From: Tricharina praecox
Lineage: Eukaryota
Reading direction: 5' to 3'
Length of the DNA: 64,000 nt
Assembly: GCF_024521635.1 (NCBI RefSeq)
Contig: NW_026250438.1
Location: 186,001 to 250,000, forward strand
The notes under the pieces were generated by a model. That model did not search any database and was not told the DNA's origin. It saw only the letters and a list, made by a program, of their open reading frames with translations. This document shows positions 35,976 to 53,431 of the stretch, one piece after another. Both the position numbers and the translations under genes were made by a program. Each line of letters begins with the position of its first letter. The first letter of the stretch is position 1.

Positions 35976-37544
35976 ATGTCCAGCTCCAGCTCCAGCTCCA
36001 TGGTAAGCTCAAGATCCAACCTCAACCTCAACCTCAACCTCAACCTCAACCTCAACCTCAACCTCAACATCGAGTATATCACCACGCGATTCCTTCTTCC
36101 CGCCGGTGTGCTGTACTGTCTATTTCCGACTATGGTCCCCTCCCCCTCCTATTGTTCTCGCGGGAATACCGTGCTCTACTAACACCCACAGACGACACTC
36201 CTGCGCACACTCATCGCGTCCCCCCGTCTCCCACACGCCGCCAGCAACCTAGACCTATGCTACGTCTCGACCTCATCACCGTGCATAATCGCCATGTCGA
36301 TGCCGGCGGTCTCGTATCCACACATGCTATACCGCAACCCTTCCAGCGCAGTCCTGCGCTTCCTGAACGGCGCGCACGGCACAGACTGGGCAATATTTGA
36401 GTTCCGCGCGGAGGGAACGGGGTATACGGACGCCGAGCTCGGCGGTAGGGTCTACCACGCGCCCTTTCCGGATCATCATCCCCCGCCGTTCGCGCTTGTG
36501 CCTAGGGTCGTGGGGAGTATGCGGGAGTGGTTGGCCGGAGGAGCGGATGGAGGGGGGGAGAGGACCGTGGTCGTCCATTGCAAGGCCGGCAAGGGCCGCA
36601 GCGGCACGATGAGCTGCGCCCTGCTCATTGCCGAGTACGGCTACACGGCGGAGAGGGCGATGGCGCGGTACACGGAGGCGCGCATGCGCAAGGGGTTCGG
36701 CGAGGGGGTGAGTATCCCATCGCAGCGGCGGTGGGTGGGGTACGTCGAGGCGTGGACGGGGAAGTACGGGAAGCGCTATGTGGAGCGGCGGGTACGCGTG
36801 CATGCGCTGCACATCTGGGGGTTGCGCCAGGGCGTGCGCGTCGCGGTCCAGGGCTTTGTCGAGCAGGGACGCGAGATAAAGACGTTTCATACGTTCGGGA
36901 AACATGAGCGAAGGGAGATCACGGGCGGGACGGCGCCAGACGCCGCGGATGTCATCCTCGAGCCAGAGAATTCCCTGTGGCTGCCTAGCAGCGATGTCAA
37001 TATCGACTTTGAGAAGCGGTCGTCGAAGATCGGCGCAATTGGCCTCGCCGTCGTCACGAGCATCGCTCACGTCTGGTGGAATGCTTATTTTGAGGGAGAG
37101 GGAGGCGAGAAAGAGAGTGGGGTTTTCGAAATCGCGTGGAAGGATATGGATGGGATCAAGGGCACGCTGCGGAAGGGGACGCAGGCGTTGGATAGGCTGC
37201 AGGTGGTGTGGAGTGTCGAGAGGGAGGGGGAGATCGTAGTTGAGGAGCCGGAGAGGGGCGAGGCTGTCGAAAGTCTGCATAGGGGTGAAGGGGATGGGAG
37301 TGTTCACTCGAAGGGCCTGGGGGTGAAGTGGGTGCAAGGGGAGGAGGGGAATGAGGACGACCTGGTTGGTGAAGGCGAGACTGCGAAGCCGGATACTGCG
37401 AAAGCGGATACTGCAGCCGCAGCAGTGGAAACGAAGGTCATCACGAGTGGCACGTTGATTGTGGAGGAGGGCGGCGAGGAGCCATATACCGTTAAGGAAT
37501 CCAAGATCGGGGCCGTCAAGCGGTCGTCGGTGGTGGATGGTTGA
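35976..37544 (+). CDS. PTEN-like phosphoinositide/dual-specificity phosphatase with a C2-like region
   Basis: LDLCYV, YRNP, FPDHHPPPF, active-site HCKAGKGRSG and GVSIPSQRRW. Tiny first exon ending ATG|gtaagc, intron 36003-36191. Start is 35976 or 36000. Confidence 0.9.
36021..36068. repeat. (CTCAAC)8 microsatellite in the first intron of the PTEN-like gene
   Basis: Direct reading. Confidence 0.9.
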
Positions 37545-38106
37545 TACCAAACTTTTTTGTTTACCGAATTGAATAGACTGTATAGTAGATATATTAGACA
37601 ATAATGCTTGGTTCGAGTGCGTACTTGACTTGACTTGCTACGGGAACAGTCGCTGCCTATGTATAATGTAGCCATCCCGCGCATCTGGAAGGAAGGCTGC
37701 AGATCCGGAGTAAGGGCATTATCACTAATGCTCTGCATCCCCAGACTTGAAAGTGTATACCACCATCAACAGGCCAATTCCAGGTTGGTATATAGGCAGA
37801 CAGGCTGAGGCCCTGTTCGGGAATAGGTTTATCAAACCATGTACGCTCGAGTCTCCACCGAGTGAGTAGTAGTGCCGCACCCCAAGTATCGTACTGGCCG
37901 GCTTCAGAGTCCAGCGGGATAAGTTAGCATGGGCTTCAATTCACGTACACGGACGAGAGCCAGACAACTACATATCAGAATCTTTCTCTGCGAGTCTGAG
38001 GTAGCTCTTAAACCAAGTCATCAACTGCGCAGGCCCCCAAGAGCTCATGCCACTGCAACGGGCGGAATTACTACCCAGTATGTAGGATGGTTTACAAATT
38101 TAATGC

Positions 38107-38805
38107 CGAGGGTAATCCACAATAAGCGCTCAGCTGCCGTGTTGCACCACAGGGCCAGCGCGCCAGCGCGCCAGTGTCAGAAAAGAATAGGTAGCACAGA
38201 GAGAGAACATCATAGCCCCGGCGCGACAGCGCGACAGCACGACAGCACGACAGCGTCAGAAAAGAATAAGTCAAATGAGCGTTCGGAGATGTGGCCGCTG
38301 GGTAGTGCCGCCAGGGTGCCGGGGCGCCGCCGGACGAGTGGCCGCCAGAGGCAACGAACGGGTGTGTATATATAGAGGCCTACCGCCGAGTGTATAGACA
38401 AGCCAAGTAATTCAGACGATATATTTGACAGAATACAACAGAGAGAACATCATATCGCCAGCGCGACAGCGTTACCGTGACTTGTAGTCAGGCATGAAGG
38501 CTATCGGAACTTTCTTGACAGCTTGGATAACTGTCACGGCATGGCCACATGGAGCACCGGTATTTTGCCAGCGCATACACGTGCAAGTAGGCTGCGTGAG
38601 ATTTACTGAGAATTGTCACTGCTCGGACATCTGAGTAACAAGACCGACTTGGTCATGACCATCCACACATGTACCCATCTGTACATTTTAAAGGGTTAGG
38701 TGGTTGCGATCGAATTAATCTTCTGACGCTGGCGCGCGTGCGGTGTGGCGCAGCATGGCAGCTGGGCGCTTAACTAAACAGACAAAAAAAACTGGATTAC
38801 CCTCG
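38107..38805. mobile_element. Old degenerate TIR element (possibly Mutator-like)
   Basis: cgagggtaatcca...taagcgctcagctgccgtgttgcaccaca...gcgcgccagtgtcagaa is mirrored at about 38711-38805. Internal direct repeats agagagaacatcata...gcgcgacagcg. No TSD. Confidence 0.55.
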
Positions 38806-39303
38806 TCAAAACCCGATGAATATTTCATGATCAACAGACTCAGGCCCCTGTGCAGTTACCAAGCTCTGCCCACATCGACCTCTGATTGAAGACTGGACTG
38901 AAACCTTGATGGGCCCACACCTCAAAGCAAGCCTTTGCGAAGAATAATAGGTACTCAAGTAGCCGTAAGAGACAGTAATTGTGAACCGTACATCATGTAG
39001 CGTTTGTTTTATCCGAAACCCTTTTACTTACTTTACTTACCTGAGAGCTGCTTGCTACTAGAAATACACAAAGCGGACTGTAACAAAACGAGAAAAAAAA
39101 AACCAAGTGGAAAAAGAAAAGAAAGAAAAAGAAAACGAAAAGAAAAGGGCATCAATTCCAGGCCACTGCCATGGCCATCACACACACACACACACACACA
39201 TCAGATCAGATCACATACGAACGAATCACCGATGACAAAAATGAGAAAAAAGAAAAGAGAACTGAAAGCCTGCTACATCCCCATTACCCCCATGCTTCCC
39301 TCC

Positions 39304-41623
39304 CTAAGCCTCGAACGCCACATATCCCGCCGGGTTCTCCAAGCTCGGGGGTCTCGCGCCGACCTGCGGAATACCAGCCGCATTCGTGACGGCGGCCGCG
39401 TTATCAAACTGCAGCTTCTGTCCCTGACTCCCCATCATGGCGGCTTCGGCAGCGATCATGTACCCCTCCTGGCCGCCGGTGGCGATGGCGCGCTTGAGCT
39501 GTTCCTGGACCTGCGAGCACTGTGTGCGCATGGCGAGGCGCTCCAAGAAGAGCTGTTGGCGCGCCTTCTCGATCTCGCGGCGCTCCGCCTGCAGCACTTG
39601 CTCGAGCTCGTTGAATTGGTTGAGTTTGTGCTCGAGCTTCTTGAGGTTGCAGTTGACCACGGCGTTCACCAGCTTGGTCATCTCGCGCTCCTCGTGCGAG
39701 GCGAGGGCCGCGGCGCGAGCTGCAGAGGCGCCCAACGCGATCGTGGCAGCCCGGGAGATGATCGACTCGTCTTCCTCCTCGTCTGCAGGCTGGCCGTCTC
39801 TGCCGGCTTCTGGGCCATCGACATCCATATTATTGTCGGGGTCGACTGTGCCCTCGGACTTAACCCCGGGGGTGGTGGCAGAAGCTTCCTTGTTCGCTGC
39901 ACCTTCGGTCGCAGTTGGCGAGGTGGTCGTCTCCTTTGCCGCGGCCTTTCTGGGCGAGGAAGAAACCTGGAGAGTGAGGTTCTTGGTCATCTCCTCGATC
40001 GAGCTTTTAGCCGCGGCAGCAGCGACCTTGGGGTCAACCATGCTAGCCAGGAACGCCACGACGCTCATGACGGGGTTGTCGGCCTGGGTGAAGGGCATGC
40101 GGTTGTATTGCAAGGGTCCCAGTTGCTCCGGCTTCTCCTCGACGAAGTTCTCCTCAATGGGTAGTTGCAAGAATCTGATCACGCATTGCTCACGCGTCCG
40201 AGTGCCGACGTAATCGGCGATCGCGTTCCAGTCCTCGCCGTGCATCTCGAGACCCTCAAGCAGCAACAGTGTCTCCTGGTCTGTCCATGGCACCTCGCGG
40301 TCCACTGTCGAGTACCCTGGGTCCTCCATCCGCAGAAACTCGGTGCTGGCAGAGTTCTGGGGGAAGCGGCCTTCCAGGTAGCAGTTCGGGCACAGGTCGA
40401 TCAGCTTGGCATTGCGAGGGCTGCGGCTATTGTGGTAGCGCACCCGCGTGCAGTCCACACCACAGGCGAAGCAGTGATGCGTCTTCTTCTCGGCCGGCTC
40501 ATCATCCTTAGCGTCACCGTTCATGGAGGCGATCTTGTTGCCAGCAGAGTCGTAGATGTTCTTTCGGAGCTCCAAGTTTGACTCAAATTTGGTGGGGGTA
40601 CCGCTGGTGGCACGCTCGGTGCTGGCATGAGGCTTACCAACAGTTTGGATCGCACCGGGAGGAGGCTGGAACGGCTGCAGTCCTCGGGGTGTATCGGCTG
40701 TGATCCGGAAGTGGCCCGTGTATGGTGGACCGATGTTTGAGGGCTTCGTCTCGGGATCAATCTACAAAGGCTATCAGCTTGCCACCCAATACATGTGCGA
40801 TGAAGCTTGCATACCTGGTAGTTAATCAATCCCCACTGCTCCAAGAACGCGTGAACCCGCATGATCGAGCAAACGTCACCAGCCAAATTCCTCCTGCACG
40901 CGGTGACAGTGAGGTACTCAGTAGGGTTCAAGCGGTATGTGTTGATCATGAAGTCGCGGTAATCCTTGTACACCAGCGGAGTCTTGCTGCGATTTCGGTT
41001 GTTGAAGAATTCGGGCAGACTCTTCTTCTCGATGTCTTTAATCTTGTTCATATCGAACCAGGTGGAGTAGCTCGGCACGACGACGGCATGCGTCTGCTCG
41101 ACGAGGTAGCTCCTAGCTGCGTCCTCCATCTTCTTTTTTTCAGCTTCGGGGCTGGTGACGGTCTGAGTGGTGTTGGAGTTGCTAGCTTCGGCGCCGGCGT
41201 TGTTGTTCGCGTTGGTCGACGATGCCTCCCCCCCCTCTCCACCACCACCAACAACACCTCCCTTGGAACTCCCTTCGCCATTCGCCGCCGCCGTCGCCCC
41301 CTCGATACCATTTTGAGAATCTCCGGAATGCGGCTTACTATCATCGGCGCCTTGCATGATCTGATCCTCCGTCTCGCTCACTTTCGACTATGTATCGCAC
41401 CCCATTAACCTCCCCATTCCCATTCCCATTTCCATCCATCCTCATTCGACACACCCACACCCACACCCACGCACAGACAGAGACGCAAACATACCTGTAC
41501 GGCAGCATCATCGCCGCTCATGGTGACATCCGCAGACTCGTCCATTCTTCCGACGGGGCTATCGGCGAAACTTAGCGAATCGTCGTCCGTATTACTCTGC
41601 TGCTGTGGGTGACCGTGGTCCAT
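39304..41623 (-). CDS. RSC8: SWI/SNF-RSC subunit Rsc8/Swi3/Ssr2 (SMARCC family)
   Basis: SWIRM domain (YRDFMINTYRLNPTEYLTVTACRRNLAGDV), ZZ-type finger (CFACGVDC...CPNC), SANT (WTDQETLLLLEGLE), PFTQADNPVMS and a C-terminal coiled coil. Confidence 0.93.
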
Positions 41624-42188
41624 TCGTGTGGTCGGTTCCGGGGATTGGGGCAGGGCGCAATTCAGGAGTGTGCTGCTGTCGATTGAGCGCGTGCGTCGGA
41701 CGGAGTGCGTGTGTTGTGCGCGCGTGGAATGCGTGCTGCTGAGTCGTGGTTTTGCTGGATGGCTGTGGTTGGCGAGTAAGGTCGTTGAGGTTGAATCGCG
41801 CGTGTGAGTGTGAGTCCGCTGCGCTTGTGGTCTGAACTTTGGTGGTGGTGGTGGTGGTGGTGGTGGTCGGGGCGAGGTGTGTGAGAGGGACTAGGAGGCG
41901 CGCGCAGAGGATGCGAAAGCGTGTGTGAAGAATGGCCGTGATCGATCTGATTAGTCTAATCCACGCAACGCCTTATCTAATCAGCAGGGTTTATCTGATC
42001 TCTTGCTTGGCGCACCTTCTCTTCATCCTAAAAAAAACTGCTACATCCACACCTTTTTTTTCTTCTCTTTCCAACGTTCACAAATCTTCATTCACATCAC
42101 CACCACCTCCACCACCTCCTTCTCCACAACAAAGGGCGAGCCACCGCAGTGAACCCTTTTCCTCAACCACATATCCAACACCACTACC

Positions 42189-42623
42189 ATGTCCGCTCCC
42201 AACCCCAAGGGTTCGTATCCGTTGTGCTCCCCAATTCCACGCTCCCCAACTAACATTCTCGCAGCCTTCCCCCTCGCCGACGCGGCGCTCACGCAGCAGA
42301 TCCTGGACATCATCCAGCAAGCCTCTCACTACCGGCAATTGAAGAAGGGTGCGAACGAGGCGACAAAGACTCTTAACCGGGGCATCAGCGAGTTTATCGT
42401 GATGGCGGCGGACACGGAGCCGCTCGAGATCCTGCTGCACCTGCCGCTGCTGTGCGAGGACAAGAACGTCCCGTACGTCTTTATCCCCAGCAAGATTGCG
42501 CTCGGCCGCGCGTGTGGTGTCAGCCGCTCCGTCATCTCCGCCTCCGTCACTAGCAACGAGGCCAGTGAGCTCCAGGCCCAGATCAGGACTATCAAGGACA
42601 AGATCGAGAGGCTGTTGATCTAA
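42189..42623 (+). CDS. SNU13: Snu13/15.5K k-turn RNA-binding protein (one intron)
   Basis: AFPLAD...[16 protein letters not shown]...[17 protein letters not shown]...IERLLI*. Confidence 0.97.
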   Translation: MSAPNPKGSYPLCSPIPRSPTNILAAFPLADAALTQQILDIIQQASHYRQLKKGANEATKTLNRGISEFIVMAADTEPLEILLHLPLLCEDKNVPYVFIPSKIALGRACGVSRSVISASVTSNEASELQAQIRTIKDKIERLLI

Positions 42624-43147
42624 GGGTTGCGAAGGGTTGCGAGGGGGATGGGAAATGGACTGGAGGACTTGGGTTGTTTGTATGGTAGATGCGGAAGACT
42701 TTGATGTCATCTCTGCAATCAAGGAATGAAAAAGGACATGCATGCACCGAGTCGATGTCATGAGAGGGAGAGAGAGAAAACATCAATTTATTTTCGCATG
42801 CGGCCTATCTATAGTAGAGTCTAAGCAATGGAATGGAAGCCATGAGGACGATCAAACAATCCTCAAATCATCAAACCCGAGTGACACGACGTGCGCTCAG
42901 AACCTCTCAAGAATCAAGAATCAACAGCCATGACCAGTGCCCACGGAGAACAATGTATTTTGCAAACGCTAAAGTAAAAACAACACGCATCCATCGATCC
43001 ATCACCTCTGCTGACCTTTCCAGCAATAAATCACGGCGTCAAGAAGAAGAATAAAAAACAAGAAACCGTAAAAAAAAAGATTTTACAACACATCTAGCAC
43101 ACCCTAGCCGCAGCAATCACCTGTCCATTACGTCTCTCCCCTTCCCA

Positions 43148-45849
<2,702 letters not shown>

Positions 45850-47022
45850 CTTGATGGTAACGTAGTTATTGGGTTATATTGCTGTTTGTTGGAGCTATGG
45901 ATCCTTCTTCGTGTGTGCTGTGCAGTCGAGCAGTCGAGCTTCTTCGAGCGTGCGAGGCGGACGATAACGTAGTTGTGCGAAGCTTTTGGGTCTGCCGAGG
46001 GGGGGGGAGGAGGGAGACGGACGGGGATTCACAGGCCGGAGGGGTGGGCGATGGTGATGGGCGATGGAGCTGCCGTCTGGTCTGGTTCTGGGTTGACGTT
46101 GATATGTAGCGCACGCAGGAGGTCCAGAACTTGGCATTGGGACCCCAAACACTACCGTGTCTTTTTCTCTCCAACCAACCCACCACGCCACGGTTTACTC
46201 TACGAAAGTACAGGATGTAGGTAACTCTACCCCCACAGCAATCGCCATATCGACAGACCACTAAGGTGGGCTGCTAATTACTTCGAGATTTGCATTCTGC
46301 TGTGCAGAAGATAATATATGTAGTGTAGACAACCTAGGTAGGCGGAACTCGAAAAAGGTACCAGAGGAAGTTTGTTGGAGCTGATCTCCACCAACCCTCT
46401 GGCAAGCCACTTCCATGGTAGATAGGACACTTAGTTGGCTTGGCAAGCGGCTCCGCTCCTCAGGATATCACCAGCAAGCGATTAGGAGTCCGGACAACAT
46501 CAACCCCCCGTCCCCCGGAGTACAATACAGACAGACAGCAGACACCCTTCTATCATATTTAGGCAACCTCCCCAGACAAGTATGTAGAAAAAACCAGCTA
46601 ACCGCCCAGCAAGGACTCCGCTATTTGACGCATTCGATTCCCAGATACACCATCCCGAGAAAGAAGAAAAAAACAGACAAGAAAAAAAACAAGAACAGCC
46701 AAGAAAACCACAGGAGGAGGGAGAGAAAAATTCAACTCCTGAATCGGGAAGTAAGGATAACAATCAAAGTTCAGGGAGAAGAAGCAGTATGGATAAACCA
46801 CCAGGCTACCTACCTCATCAGTCCGAAACTTCCCAAGCAAAGAGGGAAAGAAAGAGAAAAAAAAACACCATCCGAGGTTTTTACCAGCCAAATCAACTAC
46901 ACCAGTCCCCCCACACTCAGCTACTGCTGCTGCCACAGGAAACAAACCAACATTGAGCCCATCGCATGAAACGTCGTGAAAATTCGGCCATGACCTTCTA
47001 TTAATTGGATAGCGGTGCATCT

Positions 47023-49936
<2,914 letters not shown>

Positions 49937-50439
49937 GTTGGAGATGTTGCCGGGCAGTATGCTTCTGGGAGCTGTCTTCGGTGGGCTGGCAGACTGGTGA
50001 TGGGCGAGGGGGGGCGTGTCTCAGGAAAGCTATCCCTCCGATGACCTCCGTCCAGCTATGTGCGTCGAGGATTGGAGGAGAAGGGACTGTAGGGGGTGAA
50101 GGCCAGCCTAGCTTCGCTGTGTTGTGTGGGGTGTGTCGCTGTGATCTGGGGGAGAGGAGCGAGATGGGGGAGTGCCGGGTTACTGGGACGGGATGGATGG
50201 ATGCTGAAGGAGATGTTTACTGCTGAGAGACAGTGAAAGGGAAGTGAACTATCTTGGGAGTTGTGAGTAAGTGCTTAGCACCGTATGAGTTGGGTGCAAA
50301 GTACTTGAGTTATGTAACACCCAGCAAGTCTTTGAGCCCCACTCGCACCTAACCGCCGGTCGCATAGGGTCCGCTGCTATCTATCCCTGCGATAGCTCCA
50401 ACGCCCCGCCTCCTCACTCGACAATTCCCCCTCTTGTAA

Positions 50440-50442
<3 letters not shown>

Positions 50443-50492
<50 letters not shown>
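50443..50492. repeat. (TC)25 microsatellite
   Basis: Direct reading. Confidence 0.95.
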
Positions 50493-50496
<4 letters not shown>

Positions 50497-51190
50497 ATAC
50501 GTCAAGAAGAAGAACACAATTCCTATGTAAGAGGCCAGTTTGTCTGTCTCCCGGTACTCCAGCCCGTTCTCAATCCACCACGCCATATCGGCAAATACCT
50601 GTTGCCTGCAGCAGCAACAACGTACTCGGTATGTAAGTCAGCACGGGTGCCTTCTCTGGCTCGCGTTCGACCAGCAGGAACACCCTTCGAGTCATACGAT
50701 GCGATTTCGCGAGCAATAGTTAGCTCCGAATCCATGGATTTTTTACCCTACATGACGCGCTTCGGACTCATATCGTGTCACTCGGCATTTCTCATTCACC
50801 GAACGCGAATCTGGTGACACAGCGGTTGAAAGTGATGGAGAATGGCTGAAAGTCTTGCAGTTTTATCCAGTTGATGTCTTGGAAGCGATGTCAACTTAGT
50901 GTTGGTCCGTGCTCCGCAATGGAAGAGAACCGACGAGACTCGGTGCAGGATTCTGGAATACACATTCGAAGCTGCATCGAAGTTACAATAAAACTGCCTG
51001 CATGAGAACACAGCTCTATCCCCCTTCGCGAGGCGACCCACACCGGCTCGTCGAGGGGCTCGGGCCGTACGGTGAACCCCAACACCACGCAGGCTATCTG
51101 CAAGTTGGTCAACTCCAAGCTTCACAATTCAGATCACAGGCGAACTCGACGGGGATGGGAGACTAATCAATTTTCATTCGATGTTTTGTT

Positions 51191-51250
51191 AGAGAGAGAG
51201 AGAGAACACCAGTTTATTGTCACATACGGCCGGTCTAGACTATGGTGACC
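51191..51250 (-). mobile_element. Retroposon-like 3' tail module, copy 3 (diverged)
   Basis: (ag)n acaccagtttattgtcacatacggccggtctagactatggtga aligns to 1943-1998 (tttatt..cat.c.gcc..tctagactatgg.ga). Confidence 0.5.
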
Positions 51251-51770
51251 TTGGATAACTATCTCGTTGCTACCACTTCGAACCTCGAAGTGGATGGCAA
51301 AACACATCGAGTGCTATTCCATGATGAACCACTCCCTTCCAATCAGCCAACCCGTGCCCCAAATCACAGGACATCCCACGCCGTCCTCATTAACCAGTAA
51401 CCCCAGCGGTCGCGAAAAGAAAAGAAAAGAAAAGAAACGAACAAAACAGAAACTCACACAGTGAAGTGTATGTACAATGCAAAAGGAAAGGAAAGAACAA
51501 GAATCGAAAGGAGAACAAACCAGTAGTGAAGAAAAGAAAAGGAAAGGAAAAGAAGAAAGATGCCACCGCAACACACATTCCCACAACGCCGAAAAAATTG
51601 GTCCAGTATATATACCTCTCCCCCTCTCAACCTAAGCCTAGCCTATGCTCTGCTGCAAAAGGAACAAAAGAAAAAAGGAAAAAATATCCGTAAATGAAGG
51701 AATGTAGTATGTATGGGAAAGATGAAAGGAACGAAAAGAATTGAATGGCAGAGAGGCTCCTCGCACGGAT

Positions 51771-53431
51771 TTACCGGGAGGATACAACGCGTTCGACAAC
51801 CCTGGAGAAAGAATCAGTCGGCTGCTCGTCAGACGGAGAGGGAAGCCGCTTACCTGAACACGCTCACGGTAAACGTCAAGACCCATGCGCACAGTGCGAG
51901 GAAGAGAAAGGCTGCTAGGGCCCTTTGGCGATCACAAATAGGATCTATGGTCCGGTTTGCCTGAATTTGTGTTGTCAGTACTAAAATTCGTCTTTTTCTG
52001 GTCGGGGAGGTGGGTGTGTTACTACAGAATCGCCTTCAAAAAGGGTGGTGCTTCGGCAGCTCCACCGCACATCAAAGAGAGAATCAAACGCCAAAGAAAG
52101 ATTCGCCGAATCGAAGACGATGAAAACGAGATCGAACATGACTGCAAGTCCGGTTAGTCAGGATGAAGATGAAGCATCTGGTTTGTGTGAAAGGCTGAGC
52201 TTACTCAGTCGTATCTTTACAGTGGGTGAACGTAGACCCAGCGGTTTGCCGGAGTATTCGTCATATGTGATATATATCAGGTATACTAGGGCCAAAGCGT
52301 CGACGACAATTGCCATGACGGTCGAGGCTTTCTGCTCGACACCATATGTCCTACTCATGTGAAAGATGTTACCAGCGAGCCCGAGCGCCACCAGCGACAG
52401 CGACCAGATGATGGAGCGAAAGGTCAAAGGGACCATCGGACTGTTCAACAGCATGATCTACGACGGACAGACAAAGTTTAGCCCATGGCCGGCGCGAGAG
52501 AGGGGGGGGGGGACGAGGGTGCCCAACGTGTATCCGTTTGTACCATATCCGCCGCTTCTTCTTTCCAAACAGTTCCCGTTGATCGTCACCGGAGCCTTCC
52601 TCGCCGTTCTCGGGATCCTGCGTACTGGCAAGCCACGGACCCTCCAGGTTCGGTTGCTGCGCTAGCCAATCGGTATCGACTTTCTCCGAATGCGAGGATG
52701 TGCCGGGGGGGTAGAGGGCAGTGCCTTCGACGAAGCCCCGCCACCTGCTAGTCTGGTTGACGCCGCCGCCGTGATTGTTGTAGCTCGGAGCCGATGGCGT
52801 TACCGGCGTCTTCTCGCGCTGCGCATCGTGGACGGAGGGACCCGGGGGTCTTCGGGCGAGCGGTGGCGGAAGCCGGGGGAATGTGATCTCGTCGTCTTCA
52901 TCTTCTCCTCGTGTGTGAACCCAAGCTGAAAGAGCACACAAGCAGCGTTAGCTATCGAACGTAGTGGGGCTGTGCTCGGTTTCTCTGCTTTTTTTTTCTC
53001 TTTCTTTCTTTCTTGTCGATCTCGGTATACATAGCCGGCAGGGTAGGGGGGAACAAACTGGGTAGAGTCCGTACGTGCCGCGCTGGTTCTGGCGACATAG
53101 ATGTAGAAGAAGCTTCCCGGCCACCGTGGTCGTTGGCGGTGATGGTGGTGGGAGCAGCGACCTCGCTGAAGGACTTGAAGGAGTCGAGTGAATTTCCAGC
53201 TGAGGATGTTGCGCGTCCGGTGGCAGTGCCAAGTCCATCGTGCTTCCTCTGATGCGACAGAGACATTGCCGACTGGTCCGAGATGGAATGCGGGATGATT
53301 AGAGGAGCCAGGCCATTGGCAGCGGCTGAGGAAGCGGAGAGGGTTGCGGTGTTGTTGTTGGTGGTGGTGGTGTTGTTGTTTTTGTTGGTATTTGGGAGCA
53401 CATCGTGGGGAGCGGCGGGATGGGCGGCCAT
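51771..53431 (-). CDS. SRF1: Srf1-like regulator of phospholipase D (multi-TM C-terminus)
   Basis: VRTLP|TWV, PMVPLTFRSIIWSLSLVALGLA, STVMAIVVDALALVYLIYITYDEYSGKPLGLRSP, SANLSLAF, ends VSVFRVVERVVSSR*. Confidence 0.78.

Noticed and set aside
36327..37601. 424-aa - strand ORF
   Set aside because: Antisense to the PTEN-like CDS; explained by codon bias.
38692..38701. Telomere-like agggttagg
   Set aside because: Fewer than two units; expected by chance.
39004..40164. 386-aa + strand ORF
   Set aside because: Antisense shadow of the GC3-rich RSC8 coding region with a low-complexity start; no recognisable domain.
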